Shown here: positions 41,640-49,373 of the stretch, piece by piece
Position numbering within the stretch: the stretch's first letter is position 1
How the letters are laid out: each line of letters begins with the position of its first letter
Assembly (NCBI GenBank): GCA_963555825.3
Contig: CAUVXB020000002.1
Location: forward strand, 1,568,001 to 1,632,000
From: Alphaproteobacteria bacterium
GTDB lineage: Bacteria; Pseudomonadota; Alphaproteobacteria; JAAXGF01
Length of the DNA stretch: 64,000 bases
Direction of reading: 5' to 3'
The notes under the pieces: generated by a model
What the model was told of the DNA's origin: nothing
Databases searched by the model: none
Seen by the model: the letters and a program-made list of their open reading frames with translations, nothing else
Program-made: the position numbers and the translations under genes

Positions 41640-42281
41640 CTACTCCGCCGCGCGGGCGGTGTCGTCCGGCGCGCCGACCGTGGCGACGCCGATCATGCTG
41701 TCGCGTGTGACCAAATCGGCCAATTCGGCCTCGCTCATGGCTTCGGTGCCGGCGGGGCGCATCGGCAGCACCAGGTAGCGCATGTCGGCGGTCGAATCGT
41801 GGATGCGGACCTCGATGTCACCGGCCAGGATCGTACCGAACTCGGCGAGCACCGCGCGCGGTTCGTGGACCACGCGCTTGCGGTAGTTCAGGCTCTTGTA
41901 CCAGGCCGGCGGCAGCCCGAGCACCGAGCGCGGATAGCACGAACACAGCGTGCAGACGACGGTATTGTGCACTTGCGCCGTGTTCTCGACGACGACCAGC
42001 TGCGCGCTGGTCACCTCGATGCCGAGCTCGATGGCCGCGGCGCGGCCGTCGGCCAGCAACCGCGCCTTATAGTCGGCATCGAGCCATGCGCGGGTGACCA
42101 TGCGCGCGCCGCCGGCCGGCGAGCGCTGCTCCATCCACTCGATCGCGCGGCGCTCGTCATCGGCCGTGAAGACGCCCTTCTCGATCAACAGTTCGCGCAG
42201 CGCCGTGCCGAGATGGCGGTAGTAGTCGCCCGGTTCCGGATCGTCTGGCCGTGGCGGCGGGTGGTCGTGGTCATGCGCCAT
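41640..42281 (-). CDS. Cobalt-type nitrile hydratase alpha / thiocyanate hydrolase gamma-like subunit
   Basis: VCTLCSCYP, WYKS..YR, DSTADMRYLVLPMRP. Confidence 0.92.
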   Translation of the reverse strand: MAHDHDHPPPRPDDPEPGDYYRHLGTALRELLIEKGVFTADDERRAIEWMEQRSPAGGARMVTRAWLDADYKARLLADGRAAAIELGIEVTSAQLVVVENTAQVHNTVVCTLCSCYPRSVLGLPPAWYKSLNYRKRVVHEPRAVLAEFGTILAGDIEVRIHDSTADMRYLVLPMRPAGTEAMSEAELADLVTRDSMIGVATVGAPDDTARAAE

Positions 42282-42297
42282 GTTGCGTCTCTCCCGG

Positions 42298-42582
42298 TCA
42301 GGCGGGTTCGAGCCAATGCTCGAATATCTCGATTTCGAGCGTGTCGCCGGCGGCCTCGGCGTAATCGGGCCAAATGTCGGTCTGCGCGAGGTGGACCCGG
42401 TAGAGCGTCTGGGACGGCTCGCCGTAACGACCGTAGGCCAGCAGTTCCGGCTCGCCGAAGGCGCCGCAGACACGCTCGATCACGCCCGGTTTGCCGCGCA
42501 CATAGAGCGGCGTGCGGTTGTGTCGGTCCTCGTGGCGATCGACGATGCGCACGCGGTCGCCGACATCGAAACGCGGCGTCAC
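42298..42582 (-). CDS. Nitrile hydratase beta C-terminal (SH3-like) subunit
   Basis: FDVGDRV, HNRTPLYVRGK, EIFEHWLEPA; GTG overlaps the upstream TGA. Confidence 0.85.
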   Translation of the reverse strand: MTPRFDVGDRVRIVDRHEDRHNRTPLYVRGKPGVIERVCGAFGEPELLAYGRYGEPSQTLYRVHLAQTDIWPDYAEAAGDTLEIEIFEHWLEPA

Positions 42583-42914
42583 GGGCTGGGCTCCTCGCGC
42601 GCCGCGACGGCGGCGATGCGGTCGTCGAGTTCCTTCCGGCCGACGACGCCCTTGCCGACCAGCACGCCCGCGATCGAGGCGATCCAACGCTCGTAATAGC
42701 TCATCGTGAGATAGGCGTCGGGCGGCAGCGATTCGATGCCGAGGCGCAGCTCGGCGACATCGAAAATATTGGGGTCGTGACGGCCGACCAGTGTCATCAG
42801 CGCGTCGACGCGTTGCTCCCAGAAGGTCGGGTCGTGCTCGGCGCGGTCGATCGGGCCGCCGGGCAGGCCGCCGACGTCATGCACACCGCGTTCGCCGTCG
42901 TCGTGGATCGTCAT
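42579..42914 (-). CDS. Nitrile hydratase beta N-terminal subunit
   Basis: HDVGG, WEQRVDA, ELRLGIE, SYYERW. Confidence 0.85.
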   Translation of the reverse strand: MTIHDDGERGVHDVGGLPGGPIDRAEHDPTFWEQRVDALMTLVGRHDPNIFDVAELRLGIESLPPDAYLTMSYYERWIASIAGVLVGKGVVGRKELDDRIAAVAAREEPSP

Positions 42915-43034
42915 AGACGAACTGTGGCGCGGTGCGCCCGTGTTGGCAAGCCCGATGCCATACGAATGCATGCTTGCCAGCGGCCCATGCCGGGGCGATC
43001 CTGTCGCGGCACCGCGCGGCCAAGGAGGCGCGAC

Positions 43035-43907
43035 TTGAACATCGAATGCATCGGCGAGGCGAGATACCATCTGGGCGAGGGTCCGCTCTGGGACCCGGTC
43101 GACGGCGTGCTCTATTTCGTCGATTCGTTGGCGCCCGCGGTATTTCGCCACGACCCAACGAGCGGCGCCATTGCGCGCCGCGACCTGCCGGGCGAGACTG
43201 TAGGCTCGCTGGCGCTGCGCGACGCCGGCGGCATGGTGCTGGCGATGGCCGACGGCTTCCACGCCTATGATTTCGAGACCGGCGCGCTCGAGGCCATCGC
43301 CGAGCCCGAGGCGGGCGTCGCCAACACGCGCTTCAACGACGGCAAGGTCGACCGGCGCGGCCGCTTCGTCGCCGGCTCTCTCGAACGCGACTTCGCGGCG
43401 CGCAGCGGTGCGCTCTATCGGCTCGACACCGACCTCTCGGTGAGCCAAATCGAGGACCGCGTGGTTTGCGCCAACGGCCCGTGTTGGAGCCCCGACGGGG
43501 CGACGTTCTACTTCACCGACGGCGGGCGCGCCGAGATCTACGCCTACGACTACGACGGCGCGGCGGGCACCGTCGCCAACCGCCGCGTCTTCGCCGCGGC
43601 GGAGCCGATCGGCGGCCATCCCGACGGCGCGACGGTCGATGCGCAAGGTTTCGTGTGGAGCGCCCTGTTCGGCGGCGCCAAGGTGGCCCGCTTCGCGCCC
43701 GACGGCCGGCTCGATCGCACCGTCGATCTGCCGGCCAAACTGGTCACAAGCGTGATGTTCGGCGGCGCGGACCTCGACTTGCTCTACGTCACCTCGGCGC
43801 GCGGCGACGGCGGCGACGCGCGCGACGACACGCCTGAGGCAGGCGCGCTATTTCGGATCGACGGTCTCGGCGTCGCCGGTCTGCCCGAACCACGCTTCGC
43901 GGGATAG
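43035..43907 (+). CDS. SMP-30/gluconolactonase family protein
   Basis: LGEGPLWD, RFNDG, NGPCWSPD, PDG; AGGAGG before TTG. Confidence 0.92.
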   Translation: MNIECIGEARYHLGEGPLWDPVDGVLYFVDSLAPAVFRHDPTSGAIARRDLPGETVGSLALRDAGGMVLAMADGFHAYDFETGALEAIAEPEAGVANTRFNDGKVDRRGRFVAGSLERDFAARSGALYRLDTDLSVSQIEDRVVCANGPCWSPDGATFYFTDGGRAEIYAYDYDGAAGTVANRRVFAAAEPIGGHPDGATVDAQGFVWSALFGGAKVARFAPDGRLDRTVDLPAKLVTSVMFGGADLDLLYVTSARGDGGDARDDTPEAGALFRIDGLGVAGLPEPRFAG

Positions 43908-43974
43908 AGGAGGCGCGATGCCCGGGACCGCCGCGGTTCGCCGGCCGGGCGCAATGAGATGGTGAGGCTCTCAC

Positions 43975-44529
43975 ATGGCGTTGCTTGGGGTGCTGGCGGG
44001 CGTGACCCTGCTCGGCGTCGTGACTGCCGCGACGGCGGCGGAGCCCGGCTCGGGGCAGGCTGTCGCCGGGCTTCAGGCCTCCCTTCGGGTCGACCGAGCG
44101 CGCGCGTTGATCGGCGGTGAGGGATCGAACCTGAGATTTTTCCTCGCCAATGTAAGCAACCGGCCGATCAAGATTTTCGGCCGCCCGGCGTTCAGGTGGC
44201 CTGGAACCAACTCGCTTGCCACCGTTGGCGTGGCGATCGTCAGCTTGGATGAGACGGCCTATGAACCAACCGAGCAGATATCAGACCTTACGAAGGCGCC
44301 GCGCGCGGAGGAGTTTACTTGGCTGGGGCCGGGCGATACCGTGTCGGCCGGACCGATATCCGTCCAAGGCGCGCGCGGGATCAGACAAGCCGGTCGGTTT
44401 CGCATCACCGCGTCCTACAGCAATCACTTCGTGGATTGGGTGAGCCAAGACGGTACCGTCCACGAAGAACCCGACGTATGGACCGGCACTGTCGTCTCGA
44501 ATGCCGTGACGACCGACATCGAGGAATAG
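43975..44529 (+). CDS. Hypothetical secreted protein
   Basis: Signal peptide (ATAA), beta-rich body, WTGTVVSN end. Confidence 0.7.
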   Translation: MALLGVLAGVTLLGVVTAATAAEPGSGQAVAGLQASLRVDRARALIGGEGSNLRFFLANVSNRPIKIFGRPAFRWPGTNSLATVGVAIVSLDETAYEPTEQISDLTKAPRAEEFTWLGPGDTVSAGPISVQGARGIRQAGRFRITASYSNHFVDWVSQDGTVHEEPDVWTGTVVSNAVTTDIEE

Positions 44530-44572
44530 GCGGCCCGACCGAACCGCGTTTCGCCGGACATGGGAGTAGATC

Positions 44573-45436
44573 GTGACCGACGCCACTCGAGCGAACGACC
44601 CCAACGCCGAGCAGATCGAGTTCTGGAACGGCCCGGCGGCCGAAAAGTGGGTCGACTTCAACGCCGAACTCGACCGCATGCTCGACCCGCTCGGCGATCT
44701 CGCGATGGACCGTGTCGCGCCCGCGCCGAGCGAGCACGCGCTCGACGTCGGCTGCGGCTGCGGCGGCACGACGCTCGAGCTGGCGCGCCGCGTCGCGCCC
44801 ACCGGCGCGGTGACCGGCCTCGACGTCTCCGAACCGATGCTGGCGGTTGCGCGCGGGCGCACCCGGGACGCCGCCGCGCCGGTCCACATCGTCGGCGGCG
44901 ACGCCGAGGTCTGCGAATTGCCCGCCACGACCTTCGATCTCGTCTACTCGCGCTTCGGTGTGATGTTCTTCGCCAACCCGGAGGCCGCCTTCGTCAACAT
45001 CGGCGGCGCGCTCAAGCCGGCCGGCCGGCTCGCCTTTGTCAGCTGGCGGTTGCCTGCCGAGAACCCCTGGGTCACGGTGCCGTTCGAGGCGGCGCGGCCG
45101 CTGTTGCCGAGCTTCGAGCCGCCGGGCCCGAACGAGCCGGGCCAGTTCGCCTTCGCCGATAGCGCGCGGGTCGAGGGCATCCTGGCCGCCGCCGGCTTCA
45201 CCGAGATCCGCTCCGAACCGCATGACGTCATGCTGCGCGTCGGCGACGGCGACCTCGACACCTGCGTCGAGGTTACGCTCAAGCTCGGGCCGGTGTCGCG
45301 CCTTCTGCGCGAGGCCGGCGAGCAAGCCGTACCGCCGGTCGCCGCCGCGATCCGCGAGGCCGTCGCGCCCTACCACACCGGCGAGACGCTCGAGATGATG
45401 TCGGCGGTCTGGGTCGTCAGCGCGCGGCGCGCCTGA
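44573..45436 (+). CDS. Class I SAM-dependent methyltransferase
   Basis: LDVGCGCG, SRFGVMFF, LKPAGRL. Confidence 0.92.
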   Translation: MTDATRANDPNAEQIEFWNGPAAEKWVDFNAELDRMLDPLGDLAMDRVAPAPSEHALDVGCGCGGTTLELARRVAPTGAVTGLDVSEPMLAVARGRTRDAAAPVHIVGGDAEVCELPATTFDLVYSRFGVMFFANPEAAFVNIGGALKPAGRLAFVSWRLPAENPWVTVPFEAARPLLPSFEPPGPNEPGQFAFADSARVEGILAAAGFTEIRSEPHDVMLRVGDGDLDTCVEVTLKLGPVSRLLREAGEQAVPPVAAAIREAVAPYHTGETLEMMSAVWVVSARRA

Positions 45437-45444
45437 GGCCGGCG

Positions 45445-46278
45445 ATGCTGTCCTCTGATCAAGCGCGCCAAACCATCCCGCGTGCGAAGCGCATTCGCAT
45501 CCTGAACGGCACGGCGGCGCTCGCCGTGGCGGTCGCCCTGTTCGCGGCGCCGTTCGATGCACCCGAGAGCTACTATCACTTCACCGATACGCGCGCCATG
45601 CTCGGCGTACCCAACTTCGGCGACGTCGCCTCGAACCTGGCGTTCCTCGCCACCGGCGCCTTGGGGCTTGCTTGGTTATGGTCGGCGGCCGGGCGGGCGC
45701 GATTGACACCACGCGAGCGCGCGCCCTTCGCCATTTTCTTCGCCGGCGTCGTCGCCACCACCTTCGGTTCGGCTTACTTCCATCTGGCGCCGCTGACACC
45801 GGACGGCGGCCCAAACAACTGGGGCATGCTGTGGGACCGGCTGCCGATCACGGTGGCGTTTACCGCCGTCTTCGCCGGCTTCATCGCCGATCGGGTGAGC
45901 GCGCGGGCCGGCGCCGTCGCGCTGCCGCTCGTCATCGCCTTCGGCGTCGCGGCGACGGTCTACTGGTACGTCACCGCCTGGCCCGGCGACCTACGCATCT
46001 ATTCACTCGTCCAGGCCTATCCGGCACTGGCGATCCCGTTGATGTGCTGGCTGTTCCCCGGGCGCCTGACGACCGGCCGCCACGTCGCCGGGCTGCTCGC
46101 CTTCTACGGTCTGGCCAAGGCCTGCGAGGCCTTCGACGGCGAGATATTCGATCTCCTGGGCGGCGCCGTTTCGGGCCACACCCTCAAGCATCTGCTCGCG
46201 GCGGTCAGCGTCTACGTCGTCGTGGCCATGCTGCGCCGCGCGCCGGTCGACAATGAGGCCGGCCGCGCGGCACGGTAG
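45445..46278 (+). CDS. Ceramidase-like (CREST) membrane protein
   Basis: DVASNLAF, GSAYFH, WDRLP, SGHTLKH. Confidence 0.8.
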   Translation: MLSSDQARQTIPRAKRIRILNGTAALAVAVALFAAPFDAPESYYHFTDTRAMLGVPNFGDVASNLAFLATGALGLAWLWSAAGRARLTPRERAPFAIFFAGVVATTFGSAYFHLAPLTPDGGPNNWGMLWDRLPITVAFTAVFAGFIADRVSARAGAVALPLVIAFGVAATVYWYVTAWPGDLRIYSLVQAYPALAIPLMCWLFPGRLTTGRHVAGLLAFYGLAKACEAFDGEIFDLLGGAVSGHTLKHLLAAVSVYVVVAMLRRAPVDNEAGRAAR

Positions 46279-46340
46279 GCGCGTTGGCGACATCGGCCGG
46301 TTCATCGAAGCATCGGGCGTGTGATCGCCGGATGCATGCC

Positions 46341-46404
46341 GGGGTCCGATTGCCGGGCGAAAGCAGGTGCCGGAAACCAGGCGCGCCGATGTCTGGAATT
46401 GAAC
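46341..46404 (+). repeat. Palindromic repeat family A, copy 4 (right arm CGGAGCCGACATT at 48093-48105, split by IS1182)
   Basis: Ungapped hand alignment of 38/62 with 49060-49121; rejoined ATGTCTGGAATTGAACCGGAGCCGACAT. Confidence 0.6.
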
Positions 46405-48088
46405 CAGCCTGTGTGAAAACGTCGATGGTGTTATGATTCTCTCGTGCTTTGGCGGGAGGGTCTGATGAAGCGTTTTGTCGAGGGTGTCGATCGCAGCCAG
46501 GGCACGTTGTTTCCGGAGCGCCGGGAAGACTGGATCGGCGACGACAACCCGGTTCGGGCGATCGACGTCTTCGTCGATGAGCTCGATCTTGGCGGCCTCG
46601 GGTTCGACCGGGTCGAGCCGCTGGCGACCGGCAGGCCGGCCTATCATCCTTGCGATTTGTTGAAGCTCTACATCTACGGCTATCTCAACCGGGTTCAGTC
46701 GAGCCGTCGGCTCGAGAGGGAGGCCGGGCGCAATGTGGAAGTGATGTGGCTGGTCGGCCGGCTGGCGCCGGATCACAAGACGATCGCCGACTTCCGCAAG
46801 GACAACGGCCGTGCGATCCGCAAGGTCTGCGCCCGGTTCGTCGCGCTGTGCCGGCAACTCGGGCTGTTCGCCGAGGCGAGCGTGGCGATCGATGGCTCGA
46901 AGTTCAAGGCGGTCAACAGCCGGGACAGGAACTTCACGCGGGCCAAGATGGCGCGGCGGGTGGCGCAGATCGAGGAGAGCGTTGCGCGCTATCTGGACCA
47001 GTTGGACAGCGCCGACCGGCAAGAGCCGTCGCTGGCGCGCACGACCAAGACGACTCGTCTGGCCGACAAGATCGCGATCCTCAAGGAGGAGATGCGGCGC
47101 CTGAAGGCGCTTGAAGTCGAGCGGCGTGCGAGCCCGGACCAGCAGATCTCTCTGAGCGATCCCGATGCCCGCTCGATGGCGACGAGCGGCCGGGGTTCCG
47201 GCGTGGTCGGCTACAACGTTCAGGCCGCCGTCGACACCAAGCACCACCTGATCGTCGCCCACGAGGTGACCAATCAGGGCACCGACCGCGTCCAGCTCTC
47301 AGCCATGGCGAAGCGGACCAAGGCGGCTCTGGAGACCGACGAGTTGGATGTCGTTGCCGATCGCGGCTACTACAACGGCAAGGAGATTCTGGCCTGCGAT
47401 GAGGCCGGCATCACCGTCACATTGCCTAAGCCGCTGACCTCTGGAGCCAAGGCCAAGGGCCGCTTCGGCAAACAGGACTTCGTCTATCTGGCCGCCGACG
47501 ATGTCTATCGCTGCCCGGCCGGCGAGCGTTTGGTCTACCGCTTCACCAGCCAGGAGAGGGGGCTGAGCATGCGGCGCTACTGGACCAACGCCTGTCAGGG
47601 ATGCGCCATCAAGCATCGCTGCACCACGGCCAAGCAGCGCCGCATCACCCGCTGGCAGCACGAGCATGTTCTCGAGGCCGTCGAGAGGCGGCTCGACGAG
47701 CACCCGGAGGCGATGCGTCGGCGGCGCGAGACGGCCGAGCATCCCTTCGGCACCATCAAGTCCTGGATGGGCGCGACGCATTTCCAGACGAAGACGCTGA
47801 AACGGGTGAGGACCGAGATGGCCCTGCACGTGCTGGCCTACAATCTCAAGCGCGTCATGAACATCACGGGCATCGACCCGCTGATCGCGGCGATGAGGAC
47901 CGCATAGGCCTCTCTGCGCCGCAAATTGCGCCCATATCCGGCCAAATCGCAGCTCACACCGGCGCCAGCCGGCCGACAGGTCCGCACGAGTGGCGAAAAT
48001 CCTTAATCCCGGAATACCCGCCGCGACGGATCATCGAAGCCAAAGACGCGCCGTACAGATCACGCAGCAAACGTTCTTACACAGTCTG
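46405..48088 (+). mobile_element. IS1182 family element
   Basis: IRs CAGCCTGTGTGAAAAC / CAGACTGTGTAAGAAC; 4-bp TSD GAAC. Confidence 0.9.
46465..47907 (+). CDS. IS1182 family transposase
   Basis: GRPAYHP, PDHKTIADFR, IDGSK, GYNVQ, ADRGY, EHPFGTIK. Confidence 0.93.
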   Translation: MKRFVEGVDRSQGTLFPERREDWIGDDNPVRAIDVFVDELDLGGLGFDRVEPLATGRPAYHPCDLLKLYIYGYLNRVQSSRRLEREAGRNVEVMWLVGRLAPDHKTIADFRKDNGRAIRKVCARFVALCRQLGLFAEASVAIDGSKFKAVNSRDRNFTRAKMARRVAQIEESVARYLDQLDSADRQEPSLARTTKTTRLADKIAILKEEMRRLKALEVERRASPDQQISLSDPDARSMATSGRGSGVVGYNVQAAVDTKHHLIVAHEVTNQGTDRVQLSAMAKRTKAALETDELDVVADRGYYNGKEILACDEAGITVTLPKPLTSGAKAKGRFGKQDFVYLAADDVYRCPAGERLVYRFTSQERGLSMRRYWTNACQGCAIKHRCTTAKQRRITRWQHEHVLEAVERRLDEHPEAMRRRRETAEHPFGTIKSWMGATHFQTKTLKRVRTEMALHVLAYNLKRVMNITGIDPLIAAMRTA

Positions 48089-48204
48089 GAACCGGAGCCG
48101 ACATTTAACGTCGCGCGACTGTCGGTGCATAGATGCGCCTCGCCCTGCGGTGTTCGTAACCGACAGTGAAACGGGGTAGTCTATTGGCCATAAGGAGATG
48201 AGCG

Positions 48205-48900
48205 ATGAGACGCCTCGTGCTTGTCGCGGCGCTGGGCCTGTATTTTCCGGGCGTGGCATTCGGGCTGAGCTGCGCGCGGCCGAGCCTGGACGAAACCGCC
48301 ATCGATGCCGCCATCATGATATTCGAGGGGACCGCGGGTCCGAAACGCTCACTCGATCTTCGCGAAAAAGAGGCCGTCCGACTGTACGCCATCGAAGCCA
48401 TATTTGACAGTGCCGAGGACCTGAAGGTCTACGGTTTCACGGTGACGCAGGGCTGGAAAGGAGCGACGACGGGGCAGAGCATCGATGTCCTCTTCAACAG
48501 CTATTGGGGAGACGGTTTTGCCGAGGGCGAAACCTACCTCGTGGTCAGCCCGCGTCAGGTTGGAAATCTCTTCTGGGCGCCGCTTTGCGGCCACACTATC
48601 GATATGAGACACGCCACCGATATCGGCAATCTCGCCATGCTTGAGCGGCTGATCGGTATCGGCCAACACATGAAGGTCGGTATGGAGGACCGCGTCTGCC
48701 GGCGTGCCGAAGACTGCACCTCGGTGCAGACCCACTGCGGCGGGTGCAGCTGCGGCACGCCGGTGGCCACGATAGCGGCCGAACGCTACGAGGCGCGGTT
48801 CGAAAGGCTGTGCGCCGCCATACGAATTGCCGAGCGTTGCGAGATGAATTGCCCGCCTCCCGCGTCATCCTGCACGGCGGGATTTTGCGTGGCCGAGTAA
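48205..48900 (+). CDS. Secreted Cys-rich protein (TIMP/NTR-like N-terminal part plus Cys-rich tail)
   Basis: Signal peptide then LSC; C-terminal CGGCSCG...C...C..GFC. Confidence 0.7.
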   Translation: MRRLVLVAALGLYFPGVAFGLSCARPSLDETAIDAAIMIFEGTAGPKRSLDLREKEAVRLYAIEAIFDSAEDLKVYGFTVTQGWKGATTGQSIDVLFNSYWGDGFAEGETYLVVSPRQVGNLFWAPLCGHTIDMRHATDIGNLAMLERLIGIGQHMKVGMEDRVCRRAEDCTSVQTHCGGCSCGTPVATIAAERYEARFERLCAAIRIAERCEMNCPPPASSCTAGFCVAE

Positions 48901-49059
48901 AAAGCGGCACCCGGCGACGGAGTCGAAACAGCTAGTGCGCTGACGCAGACAGGTGATTCGCCCGATCGACACACGGTGCCGCATGACACCTCCCCCAAAG
49001 CGCCCGCTTGCCGCCCGAAAGCAAAAGCGACAACTCTGAAATTCCGGGCTCGGGCCTCC

Positions 49060-49120
49060 GAGGTCCGCTATCCGCTCGTAATCAGGCGCCGTGCGATTAC
49101 GCCGCCAATGTCCGCATTTG
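49060..49120 (+). repeat. Palindromic repeat family A, copy 5 (cut by an IS1111-type end)
   Basis: GAGGTCCGCT...AATGTCCGCATTT directly followed by the IS left end. Confidence 0.6.
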
Positions 49121-49255
49121 ATGCGGTGGACGGCTCCCGCCTGCCGGCATCTAGATGCCAAAATGGTGGTTTTCATGAACCAAAGGGAAATTAGGAGCCG
49201 TCCTATGAGCAAAGTTATCACGATCGGTGTTGATCTTGCGAAGAACGTATTCCAG
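49119..49255 (+). mobile_element. IS1111-type left-end remnant with the first 17 transposase codons
   Basis: GTGGACGGCTCCCGC (49126-49140) matches the IR of the 5110-6492 element; MSKVITIGVDLAKNVFQ at 49205. Confidence 0.85.
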
Positions 49256-49373
49256 TGAGAACGGCAGAGCAATAATCCCCCACTGAAGCGGCCGGTCGAT
49301 CCGGCTGCGGCGGACCAAAATGGGACCGCGTATAGCCTTCTGTCAGGGTTGCTCTGACTGGAAGGCGGGGGGG

